A DNA stretch of 64,000 bases. It comes from Bdellovibrionales bacterium. GTDB lineage: Bacteria > Bdellovibrionota > Bdellovibrionia > Bdellovibrionales > CAYMLA01. Both the position numbers and the translations under genes were made by a program. Below the pieces are notes generated by a model that worked only from the letters and a program-made list of their open reading frames with translations, did no database searches and was not told where the DNA came from. This document shows positions 29,870 to 39,623 of the stretch, piece after piece; the stretch's first letter is position 1; every line of letters starts with the position of its first letter. Where the stretch lies: positions 1,888,001-1,952,000 of the forward strand of contig OZ244239.1 in NCBI GenBank assembly GCA_965217115.1, given 5' to 3'.

Positions 29870-30787
29870 TTGCAGGTTTTTTTGAGGGTGAGAATGAAGT
29901 CGTTATTTAATAAAGATCAAGGACAGTCTTCTCAGTTAGAGTTATCTCTGAAGCGTTCTCAAGAGAAGGATCGCAACCATCATTTAGGTGGGCGAAGTTT
30001 CTATTTTTTTGATTTTGATGATAACCTTGTCTTTTTAAATACACCACTTATTTTATTTCATAAAGAAACTCAGAAGGAGTTGCCTGTTACCAGCGAACAG
30101 TGGGTGATTCATTATCCTGATGTTGGAAAAAGAGGTCCGTATAAGAATTACGAAATGATTGATGACAATGCCGTAGGCACTTTTCGTTATTTCCGTGACC
30201 ATAATATGAGTTGGATAAAAAAAATACTAGGAGGGCAGCAGGCTTTTGTTCGTGATATCATGGCGGCTCTAGGTCGGCCTGATTTTCATTGGAAGGGGCC
30301 TTCGTGGAATTGTTTTTATCATGCGACTTTTAATAAAAGGCCGACGTCTATAATCACTGCTAGGGGGCATAAACCTGATACGGTGAAGGCGGGGATCAGT
30401 CGTTTTGTGAAATCTAGACACTTGCCACATCAACCAAATATTTTGAGCATTTATCCTGTGAGTTATGATAAAACTCGGAGAGAGTTGGGGGATGTAAATT
30501 TGAGTGCCTCTATCCCAGAGCTTAAGAAAAGAGCTATTCGAGCATCGGTGGAAGAGGCGAAGAGAGTTTATGGTGATAGCCCTCACCATCGTTTTGGTAT
30601 GTCAGATGATGATCCAAAAAATATTGAACTGATTATTAATAGTATGAAAGAGCTTAAAGTTGAAAACCCACAAATGTCTTTCTTTGTAGTCGATACCCAT
30701 AAGAGCCAATTTGTAAAGTGGGAGATATTTGAGAATAAGAATAATGTTGAGTATTTTGATAGGCAAGAGCAATTAGTCTTGAGCTAA
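29870..30787 (+). CDS. HAD-like hypothetical protein
   Basis: FFDFDDN motif I, ITARGH, GMSDDD. Confidence 0.65.
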   Translation: MQVFLRVRMKSLFNKDQGQSSQLELSLKRSQEKDRNHHLGGRSFYFFDFDDNLVFLNTPLILFHKETQKELPVTSEQWVIHYPDVGKRGPYKNYEMIDDNAVGTFRYFRDHNMSWIKKILGGQQAFVRDIMAALGRPDFHWKGPSWNCFYHATFNKRPTSIITARGHKPDTVKAGISRFVKSRHLPHQPNILSIYPVSYDKTRRELGDVNLSASIPELKKRAIRASVEEAKRVYGDSPHHRFGMSDDDPKNIELIINSMKELKVENPQMSFFVVDTHKSQFVKWEIFENKNNVEYFDRQEQLVLS

Positions 30788-30957
30788 ATAACAAAAATCG
30801 CAGCCATTCTCAAGGGTCTTCTTGAGTCTAAAATAATAAGAATCCATAAAAAAAGCCTCTCTTTGCCCAAACATAAGTCTGGTAAAGGGAGGGAACTCAC
30901 TGCGTCTTTATCTTTTATCTCGCCTAATATTTCTAGATTGAACATAATTTAGAGAGG

Positions 30958-33213
30958 TTGAGTGGAATATGGATAATGGTGAAGAGAGGTTGTGATTTTA
31001 TGAGACGTTTATTTATTAAAAAATTATGTTTGTTTATATGTTCAAGTGTCCTATTTTTTCAATCTAGTGCAAAGTCATTGGATAAAAACAAACCTTCTTT
31101 GAACTGCCATTTGGTTTCAGCGATTGAGCAAGGGTATTTACGTCAACACATTATTCATTCATCTATGACAAAAGAAATAAAAAATCGAGCGATACATCAG
31201 TACATTAAACGCTTGGACCCTGCAAAAATTTATTTTGACCAGAAAGATATCAAAACGATCAATGTTTTAATGAATGATTTCTACAAGGTTAGTTCTGGTA
31301 AGAATTGTAATCAGTATGTTGAAAATTGCTCCGATTCAGTGAGAACTTGTGTAGCTCGAAAACAGGCTTGTTTAAGGCCTTTACGCCGCTGCCATGCACT
31401 GGGGAAGATACAAGATATTTATCTCTCTCGTGTTAAGAAGAGAGTTAAAAATGCTAAAATGGTTTTAAATAAGAAGTTTAAGATTAACAAGAAAACATCT
31501 ATACAACTGTCTTCAGATAAAAGGGGATATCCTAAAACTCAAAAAGACGCCGATAGGTTTCAGAATAAATATCTACAGTTTCAAGTCGCTAATTTTGTAG
31601 CTATAGGTAAGAAACTTGAAGAGGCCAAGGAAATGGTTATACGCAGTTACGAGAGAAACTTACGCCGTTTAAAGGACATAAAGACAAATGATATTTTAGC
31701 GTCATATTTGGATGCCTATGCGATGGCATTGGACCCCCATTCACGATTTTTTTCTAGTGATGCTCTAGAGGATTTTGAGATCAGTATGAAACTGTCGTTG
31801 CAAGGTATTGGTGCGACATTGAGTTCCCAAGATGGGTTTACTGTGATTGAACAGCTGATTACGGGGGGGGCGGCTTATAGGAGTGGTCGCTTGCGTGAAA
31901 AGGATAGGATTGTATCTGTAGGGCAGGGTCGATCTGGAAAAATGAAAAATGTGATTGAGATGGATCTACGAGATGTCGTGCGTAAGATTCGCGGTAAAAA
32001 AGGGACAGTGGTGCGTTTGGCTATTCTCCGCAAAACCGATGAGGGGAGTGAGAATTTTATAATCCCCATTGTTCGAGATAAAATTAAATTAGAGGATGAA
32101 GCGGCGGCTGTGGATTACATAGAGCGTCAAAGAAGAGGAAAAAAACAAACAGTGGCTTTAGTGCATTTGCCCTCTTTTTATGCTGATTCCCGTCAGGGAG
32201 GCCGCTCAAGTGCTGGTGATCTTAAGAAAATTTTAAAGGATGTGAAGAAGAAGAAGGTAGATGCGATGGTCTTAGATTTGTCTACTAACGGCGGCGGGAG
32301 CCTTGATGATGCCGTGAAGATAGCAGGACTCTTTTTTAAGACAGGTAATGTGGTCAAGCAGAGCTCTCGTCAGAGAAAGCCGATTATTCTTAAAGACACT
32401 GATGAAGATGTGAACTACACAGGTCCATTAGTTATTTTGACCAGTCGTCTAAGCGCGAGTGCGTCTGAGATTGTGGCAGGAACGTTGAAGGATTATAATC
32501 GTGCTGTGATTGTGGGGAATGATCAAACTTTTGGCAAGGGAAGTGTGCAATCGGTGGCTCCTATTGCCAAAGAGATTGGGGCATTGAAGGTCACTGTGGG
32601 AATGTTTTTTGTGCCTGGTGGTTATAGCACTCAGCATCAAGGGGTTATCTCTGATATAAAACTTCCCAGTGTCTATACGGTAGAAGATGTTGGAGAAGAT
32701 CGCTTAGATTATTCTCTACCAGCAAAGAAGATTCCCCAGTTTTTATCAAAGAAAGCTTATGTGCGAAAAGGTTCTAAGCGCTGGAGTGAGATCACTCTTA
32801 AAGTTATTAAGGACTTAAGAAAAAAATCACAAAAGCGTGTAGCTAGAAATAAGGATTTTAAAAAGATTAGAGATGATATAAAAGAGGCTTTAGCTAAGAA
32901 GAACAAAAAAACAGTTCTTAGTGAAATATTAAAGAAGAAAGAAGATAAGAAGAAATTGACTCAAAAAACAACTGTCACCGCAAAAGGAAAAAATATTGGG
33001 AAGCAGGGAAAACAAGGCGTCTCCAAAGATGTGCCTGACAAGGTCCTAACCACCTATGAAGCGAGAAAGGAGCGTAAGAAGCGTAAGGCGCTTAAGAAGA
33101 AGGAATATCTTAAGAGAGCTGATATCAACGAGGCCATAGAGGTTGTTTTGGACTTGGCAGGAACAGAGTATAAAGTGATTTCTTCAAAGCTAAAAGCGGG
33201 AATAACGCACTAG
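30958..33213 (+). CDS. prc: Tail-specific carboxy-terminal processing protease (S41)
   Basis: LDPHS, PDZ GIGATL, NGGGSL, SASASEIVAG, FGKGSVQ. Confidence 0.93.
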   Translation: MSGIWIMVKRGCDFMRRLFIKKLCLFICSSVLFFQSSAKSLDKNKPSLNCHLVSAIEQGYLRQHIIHSSMTKEIKNRAIHQYIKRLDPAKIYFDQKDIKTINVLMNDFYKVSSGKNCNQYVENCSDSVRTCVARKQACLRPLRRCHALGKIQDIYLSRVKKRVKNAKMVLNKKFKINKKTSIQLSSDKRGYPKTQKDADRFQNKYLQFQVANFVAIGKKLEEAKEMVIRSYERNLRRLKDIKTNDILASYLDAYAMALDPHSRFFSSDALEDFEISMKLSLQGIGATLSSQDGFTVIEQLITGGAAYRSGRLREKDRIVSVGQGRSGKMKNVIEMDLRDVVRKIRGKKGTVVRLAILRKTDEGSENFIIPIVRDKIKLEDEAAAVDYIERQRRGKKQTVALVHLPSFYADSRQGGRSSAGDLKKILKDVKKKKVDAMVLDLSTNGGGSLDDAVKIAGLFFKTGNVVKQSSRQRKPIILKDTDEDVNYTGPLVILTSRLSASASEIVAGTLKDYNRAVIVGNDQTFGKGSVQSVAPIAKEIGALKVTVGMFFVPGGYSTQHQGVISDIKLPSVYTVEDVGEDRLDYSLPAKKIPQFLSKKAYVRKGSKRWSEITLKVIKDLRKKSQKRVARNKDFKKIRDDIKEALAKKNKKTVLSEILKKKEDKKKLTQKTTVTAKGKNIGKQGKQGVSKDVPDKVLTTYEARKERKKRKALKKKEYLKRADINEAIEVVLDLAGTEYKVISSKLKAGITH

Positions 33214-33324
33214 GTCGACAACTTTCAACCCCTCTTCTCCTTCCTAATACTGTCGACTATTTGACAAATATGGGGTGTCTCAGTATTTTCTCGGGGGCTA
33301 GAAGTTGTTTTAAAACAGCTTCTT

Positions 33325-34353
33325 ATGGGAGAGACGGCCATGGTCGGGGCAGCAGAGAGAGATCTCAAAAAAATAGCTAAGAGAGAAGTGTTGAGAATCC
33401 ATGATTACATGGTGAAGGCACGGGTTTTAGAGGATCGCTTGATTCGTATTTACAAGAAGGGAGATGCGTTTTTTTGGATTGGTGGCCCAGGGGAAGAGGC
33501 ACTTGGAGTTCCCCTTGGTTTGCATGTTAATGCTGGCAAAGGGTTTGATCACGACTGGTTGCATTTGCATTATCGTTGCACACCGACTTTGGTGGCTATG
33601 GGTATGGATATGGTTCATGCCATTCGTTTGATTATGAATCGCTCGACAGATCAGTGTACGGGAGGGCGAAACTTTAGCAATCATTATGCCTTCCCTGAGT
33701 ACAATGTAGCGCCAGTAACTTCACCCATTGAAATTCAGTACAGTGTCGCTATCGGAACGGCCCATGCCCAGTCGAGGTGTTCGGCTAAGGGCATTACGAT
33801 TGTTACAGGTGGAGATGCAGGAACGGCAGAGGGAGATTTTGCCAGTGCTTTGGTCTGGTCTTCGCGCAAAGGATCTGAGCTACCTATGTATATGATCGTG
33901 ACTAACAATCGTTGGGGAATTTCTACGAATTACTCAGGACAGCACGGAGAGGAATTTATTGCCGACCGTGGACGTGCTTTTGGAATAAAAGTGCAGACTT
34001 GTAATGGCAATGATCCCATTGAGAGTTATTTAAAATTACAAGAGGGGATGGAGTATATTCGCAAAACGGGTAAGCCTGTTTTAATGGAGGCATCTGTCTC
34101 TCGATTGTTCGGCCATTCGTCAGCTGATGGAGCTAATCGCCGTGAGGAGGAGTGTTCATTGGATACTTTTGAAAGTCGTTTGTTGAAGGCGGGGTATTTA
34201 AAAGAAGATGAAATAAAAAGCATTTGGAAAAAATACGATGAAGAAGCTAAGAGAGTAGAGGTGGAAGTTCGTCAGGAGCCATTGCCCAAAGCTGATTCTA
34301 TCTGGCAACATATCTATGTGAATTCTCAGAATGCAGATTGGAGGGGCTTCTAA
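33325..34353 (+). CDS. 2-oxoacid dehydrogenase E1 alpha subunit
   Basis: TPP motif GDAGTAEGDF...NN, GHSSAD. Confidence 0.9.
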   Translation: MGETAMVGAAERDLKKIAKREVLRIHDYMVKARVLEDRLIRIYKKGDAFFWIGGPGEEALGVPLGLHVNAGKGFDHDWLHLHYRCTPTLVAMGMDMVHAIRLIMNRSTDQCTGGRNFSNHYAFPEYNVAPVTSPIEIQYSVAIGTAHAQSRCSAKGITIVTGGDAGTAEGDFASALVWSSRKGSELPMYMIVTNNRWGISTNYSGQHGEEFIADRGRAFGIKVQTCNGNDPIESYLKLQEGMEYIRKTGKPVLMEASVSRLFGHSSADGANRREEECSLDTFESRLLKAGYLKEDEIKSIWKKYDEEAKRVEVEVRQEPLPKADSIWQHIYVNSQNADWRGF

Positions 34354-35408
34354 TGGCAAATATGGCCCAATCCATTCGCATGGCTTTGCATAAAGCTGAG
34401 AGAGATCTGCAGTTGAAAGATATTTTTGGTCAAGATGTTGGAGAGCCGTTGGGCGGAGTCTTTACGGCCACTCAGGGTTTAGAAACCTCATGGAATACCC
34501 CACTTGATGAGAGGGGGATCATTGGCGCTGCCATTGGTATCGCGATGACAGGGGATCGTTGTGTTGCGGAGATTCAGTTCGTTGATTATATTTTTAATAC
34601 GATTGATTTGCTTAAATTAGCGGGAAATACTTTATGGTCCTCTAATGGTCAGTTCGCTCTACCCTTGACTGTAATGACTCCTGTAGGGGCGGGAATCTTT
34701 GGTTCTATTTATCACAGTCACAGTTTTGATGCCTGGGCGACGAGATTGCCTGGCTGGAAGGTGGTGATGCCCTCGAATCCAATGGATGCCTATGGCTTGC
34801 TTTTATCTGCCATAGAAGATCCAAACCCTGTGTTGTATTTGAAGCCTAAGGCTTTAATGAGGGTGCGTGGAGATGAATTACTTCCCGGTGAGCCAGAGGA
34901 TTTGAAAAAGTTAAAAGCTATGATTGATGCTCCTATTGGCGAGCGTTCTGGGTGGAAGGCTAAATGGCCAGAGATCAAGGATTTTCGAACACCTATTGGT
35001 GAGGGAAAGATAGTCCGTCAGGGGGAAAGTGCAACAGTTGTGACCTATGGTCGTCATGTTTTAATCTGCAAGGAAGCAGCTGATGAGTTGGCGCAAGAAG
35101 GGATGTCAGTGGAAGTCATTGATTTACGTTCGCTCTATCCTTACGATTGGCAATTGATAAAAAAATCAGTGACCAAGACAGGGCGTGTGCTTTTTGTGAA
35201 CGAAGACACTGAAGTGACTAATTTTGGTGAACATCTGTCCTATCGTGTGACCCAAGATTTATTCTATCAGTTAATGGCACGACCGAAAGTCTTAGCCGCT
35301 AAGAATATACCGGGTATTGGATTGCACCCTCACTTAGAAAATGCAACGATACCGCAAAAAAGTGATGTGATCAGAGAATTAAAAGATTTATTAGCGGAAG
35401 TTCCGTGA
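34353..35408 (+). CDS. 2-oxoacid dehydrogenase E1 beta subunit
   Basis: GGVFTATQGL, NTPLDE, AEIQFVDY, EVIDLRSL. Confidence 0.92.
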   Translation: MANMAQSIRMALHKAERDLQLKDIFGQDVGEPLGGVFTATQGLETSWNTPLDERGIIGAAIGIAMTGDRCVAEIQFVDYIFNTIDLLKLAGNTLWSSNGQFALPLTVMTPVGAGIFGSIYHSHSFDAWATRLPGWKVVMPSNPMDAYGLLLSAIEDPNPVLYLKPKALMRVRGDELLPGEPEDLKKLKAMIDAPIGERSGWKAKWPEIKDFRTPIGEGKIVRQGESATVVTYGRHVLICKEAADELAQEGMSVEVIDLRSLYPYDWQLIKKSVTKTGRVLFVNEDTEVTNFGEHLSYRVTQDLFYQLMARPKVLAAKNIPGIGLHPHLENATIPQKSDVIRELKDLLAEVP

Positions 35409-35444
35409 GTTGTTCTGGAGAATAATAAAGATGAGAAAGAAGAG

Positions 35445-36272
35445 ATGAGAAAGAAGAAAAGAGAAAGCAATGACAAATTGGAGCAGGGCTCTTTTGATAA
35501 GTATTATTATTATCAAAAATCAGTTCAGGGGCCTGAGGGTGATGTCATTTTTTTAAAGGATACTTATAAAGAATTGAGAAAAAAAAGCCCAAGAACAATG
35601 TGTGAGGATTTTTGTGGAACTTTTTCAATTTCCTGTGAGTGGGTGAAGTTAGGCTCTGAGTTTAAGGCTGTCTCAGTGGATATTGATTCTGATCCTATTG
35701 AATATGGCCGACAAAATTACCTGTCTCTTTTGAATGAAGATGAGAAGAGTCGAATTCAGGTTTTTGTATCCAGTGTTTTAGACAAAGCTTTACCTAAGGT
35801 GGATATCGTTTCGGCGATGAACTTCTCATATTTTCTTTTTAAGAAGAGATCGGAGTTAAAAGCTTATTTTGCTAGCGCTTATAGTAGAATTAATAATGAT
35901 GGTATTTTTCTTGTTGATTGTTTTGGCGGGAGCCAATGTCAGCAGTCTATCGAAGAGGAGACGGAGCATAAAGAGGAGAAATTCAGCTATTTTTGGGATC
36001 AAGATAGTTTTAATCCCGTAACCAATGAAGCTCAGTTTTACATCCATTTTAAACGCAAGGGTGAGAAAAAAAGAGAAAAAGTCTTTTCTTATGATTGGCG
36101 TATGTGGAGTATTTCAGAAATCCGTGAGGTCATGGAGGAAGTGGGTTTTAGTAAAACCTATGTTTATTGGGAAGGCACAACCAAAGATGGCGATGGGGAT
36201 GGCAAGTTTGTACAAACTCAAGTAGGGGAGGAGTGTGAGGCTTGGATTTCCTACATTGTCGCCAAAAAATGA
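35445..36272 (+). CDS. Class I SAM-dependent methyltransferase
   Basis: EDFCGT motif I-like, VDID, AMNFSY. Confidence 0.75.
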   Translation: MRKKKRESNDKLEQGSFDKYYYYQKSVQGPEGDVIFLKDTYKELRKKSPRTMCEDFCGTFSISCEWVKLGSEFKAVSVDIDSDPIEYGRQNYLSLLNEDEKSRIQVFVSSVLDKALPKVDIVSAMNFSYFLFKKRSELKAYFASAYSRINNDGIFLVDCFGGSQCQQSIEEETEHKEEKFSYFWDQDSFNPVTNEAQFYIHFKRKGEKKREKVFSYDWRMWSISEIREVMEEVGFSKTYVYWEGTTKDGDGDGKFVQTQVGEECEAWISYIVAKK

Positions 36273-37935
36273 TCTGAGATTTTGGCAAATGACGGCGTTT
36301 TTTAATGGGGCTTTATTATTAGGCTCAGACATTCGTTCGGCAGCGATGCTCGCAGGGAGAGCATGCGCACCAATCCGAACTCGCCGAATAACAAAACCCC
36401 ATTAAAAAACTTTCACTTGAAATCTAAGATTGACTGGGAACAGTGGGGTTTAAGAATAGAAAAAGGGACTTTAGTGGTCTGAGACTTGGACAAATGATCT
36501 GAGGTTTGGGCAAATGACGGCGTTTTTTAATGGGGCTTTATTATTAGGCTCAGACATTCGTTCGGCAGCGATGCTCGCAGGGCGAGCGTCGCACCAATCC
36601 GAACTCGCCTAATAACAAAACCCCATTAAAAAACTTTTATTTGAAATCTAAGATTGACTGGGAACAGTGGGGTTTAAGAACAAAAAAAAGGGACTTTAAT
36701 AATTCGAACTCATCTAATGATCTGAGATTTGGGCAAATGACGGCGTTTTTTAATGGGGCTTTATTATTAGGCTCAGACATTCGTTCGGCAGCGATGCTCG
36801 CGCTGCGAGCATGCGCACCAATCCGAACTCGCCGAATAACAAAACCCCATTAAAAAACTTTCACTTGAAATCTAAGATTGACTGGGAACAGTGGGATTTA
36901 AGAACAAAAAAAAGGGACTTTAATAATTCGAACTCATCTAATGATCTGAGATTTGGGGAAATGATGCGTTTTTTAATGCCCTCTCTTATTAAGCCCAAAT
37001 AAATGTTTAGGCGCACCGCCTACGCCGTTTTCAAAGGAGAGTTTTTTTAGATGGGATTTTATTATTAGGCTCAGACATTCGTTTGGCAGCGCTGCTCGCG
37101 CTGCGAGCGTCGCACCAATCCGAACTCGCCTAATAACAAAACCCCATTAAAAAACTTTTATTTGAAATCTAAGATTGACTGGGAACAGTGGGGTTTAAGA
37201 ACAAAAAAAAGGGACTTTAATAATTCGAACTCATCTAATGATCTGAGATTTGGGGAAATGATGCGTTTTTTAATGCCCTCTCTTATTAAGCCCAAATAAA
37301 TGTTTAGGCGCACCGCCTACGCCGTTTTCAAAGGAGAGTTTTTTTAGATGGGATTTTATTATTAGGCTCAGACATTCGTTTGGTAGCGATGCTCGCGCTG
37401 CGAGCATTGCACCAATCCGAACTCGCCGAATAACAAAACCCCATTAAAAAACTTTCACTTGAAATCTAAGATTGACTGGGGACAGCGGGGTTTAAGAATA
37501 GAAAAAGGGACTTTAATGGTCTGAGATTTGGGGAAATGATGCGTTTTTTTAATGCCCTCTCTTATTAATCCCAAATAAATGTTTAGGCGCACCGCCTACG
37601 CCGTTTTCAAAGGAGAGTTTTTTTAGATGGGGCTTTATTATTAAGCGAGTTCGGATTGGTGCGTATGCTCGCCCTGCGAGCATCGCTGCCGAACGAATGT
37701 CTGAGCGTAATAATGAAGGTCCATCTAAAAAAGCGGTTCATTTGCCAGAAACAAGCATGTTTGGGTGGACCGCCTACGCCGTTTTCAAAGGAGAGTTTTT
37801 TTAGATGGGGCTTTATTATTAAGCGAGTTCGGATTGGTGCGTATGCTCGCCCTGCGAGCATCGCTGCCGAACGAATGTGTGAGCGTAATAATGAAGGTCC
37901 ATCTAAAAAAACGGGTCATTGGCCAGAAACAAGCT
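36268..37935. repeat. Array of seven conserved-core hairpin elements (five forward, two inverted) between convergent genes
   Basis: Forward cores at 36323, 36548, 36771, 37069, 37366; reverse cores at 37645 and 37823; linkers are themselves repeated. Confidence 0.95.
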
Positions 37936-38437
37936 CAGACATTGTGAAGAGCGGAGAGAGCTGCAAGTTTAGGTCATCGATTTTTTGAGAATCTTTTCCA
38001 CGATGTATAACACATAGGACGTGATCGATAATGGCATTTTGTTGGCGAAGAACTTTCGTGCTTTCAATGACTTGCCCTCCTGTGGTGATGACATCTTCTA
38101 TGATACAAACTTTTTTTCCGGAAAAATCAAAACCTTCGGCACTTTTACAAGTGCCATATTCTTTGGCAGATTTTCGAACAAAGATACAAGGAATTCCTGT
38201 GTGTAGGGAGAGAGCTGTACCAATGGGGATTCCTCCCATTTCTAAGGCAGCCAGAGCTTCTGTGTCTTGAGGTATGAGTTTAGCCATGTGTTGGGCGATT
38301 TCTTTTAGGAGGTGGGGTTGAGCTTCAAAACGATATTTATCAAAATACTCGCTTGAGCGTTGCCCTGATCGCAGGAGAAAATCCCCTGTAAGATAGGAGG
38401 CTTTGTGAATCTCTTGACCGAGTGTGTGTTTATTCAT
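37916..38437 (-). CDS. pyrE: Orotate phosphoribosyltransferase
   Basis: GDFLLRSG, RKSAKEYGT, IIEDVITTGG. Confidence 0.95.
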   Translation of the reverse strand: MNKHTLGQEIHKASYLTGDFLLRSGQRSSEYFDKYRFEAQPHLLKEIAQHMAKLIPQDTEALAALEMGGIPIGTALSLHTGIPCIFVRKSAKEYGTCKSAEGFDFSGKKVCIIEDVITTGGQVIESTKVLRQQNAIIDHVLCVIHRGKDSQKIDDLNLQLSPLFTMSELVSGQ

Positions 38438-39489
38438 TTTTTTACCTCATGTTTTTGTGAGTGTTGGGTTTTTTTTTGCTTTTGCCATTTTTCGAGTGCG
38501 TATTGTCTTAAGTCTGCAACTGAATCTAATTCATCGACGATTTCAACACCGAGTAGAGTTTCGATGGCATCCTCTAAGGTTACAATGCCAGTTGTATTTC
38601 CTTGGTTATCAATGACGAGAAACATATGTTCTTTTGTTTGGATAAAACGCCTGAGAGCATTTGCCACTGAGATACCTTCATCAACTTGTTTAATAGGGAT
38701 TTTTAATTGCTTTAGAGAGGTTTGATGTTTGTCTTGGGATGAAGCATCCATAATGGAATAGCGTAAAACTTGCCCTGTGACTTGATCAAGATGCTCGCTA
38801 TAAATAGGGATGCGTGAAAAGCGTATAGGTCGATGTTTTTGGATGGTTTGATCTACGGTGGTGTTTTCCTCCATAGCAAGAATGACTGAACGTGGAGTCA
38901 TAATGTCAGAGACATAAATCATATCTAATAGAAGTAGATTTTTAATGATGAGTGATTCCTTTTGATCGATGGCTCCTTCTTTAGAACTCATCTCAGCAGT
39001 GACAATGACTTCTTGCCTGGTAACAGATTGGCTTTCTGAATTAGAGATAGATTTAGAAATAATTTCTAAAAGAAGGACAACGGGGTAGGTAAAAAAGATC
39101 AATGCTTGAATGAGATAGGCACAACTCGGAGCTAGAGTTTTCCAGTAAGTGACCCCTAAGGTCTTAGGGATTATTTCAGAGAAAACAAGAATAGTTAGAG
39201 TGAGCACTCCTGAAGCTATGGCAACAAGTTCACTCCCGTATAATGAATGGACTTGTGCGCCAACTCCAGTGGCACCCACCATATTGGCGGCTGTATTGAC
39301 AGATAGAATAGCGGCAAGGGAGCGATCAATATTATCTTTGAGTTGTTGTAGGATAAAACCGCTTTTTCGACCCTCATTAGTGGCAACTTTTATATAAGCA
39401 GGGCTGGTGGATAGAATAACAGATTCTAAAGTGGAACATATAAAAGAAATACAGACAGTGATGAAGATGTAAATTACTAGAAGAGTCAT
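38434..39489 (-). CDS. CNNM (DUF21)/CBS-domain membrane protein
   Basis: AAILSVNT, FSEIIPKT, IMTPR, FSRIP, GIVTLED. Confidence 0.92.
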   Translation of the reverse strand: MTLLVIYIFITVCISFICSTLESVILSTSPAYIKVATNEGRKSGFILQQLKDNIDRSLAAILSVNTAANMVGATGVGAQVHSLYGSELVAIASGVLTLTILVFSEIIPKTLGVTYWKTLAPSCAYLIQALIFFTYPVVLLLEIISKSISNSESQSVTRQEVIVTAEMSSKEGAIDQKESLIIKNLLLLDMIYVSDIMTPRSVILAMEENTTVDQTIQKHRPIRFSRIPIYSEHLDQVTGQVLRYSIMDASSQDKHQTSLKQLKIPIKQVDEGISVANALRRFIQTKEHMFLVIDNQGNTTGIVTLEDAIETLLGVEIVDELDSVADLRQYALEKWQKQKKTQHSQKHEVKK

Positions 39490-39623
39490 TTGTTAATGAC
39501 TCTTCTGTGAGTGCCAAATTGAAAAATTATCTTGTTCATACACTCCTAAATTTTAAATTCACAAGAAAACATTAGAAAAGATATTCTGTGAGAAGGGTCC
39601 ATCGTTATTAATGTTTGAAGACC

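Noticed and set aside
36268..37935. CRISPR array
   Set aside because: Units are over 110-nt hairpins with repeated rather than unique linkers, spacing is irregular, orientation is mixed, and there are no cas genes
36114..37988. Short ORFs inside the repeat array
   Set aside because: They are translations of the hairpin repeats on both strands and have no recognisable protein features
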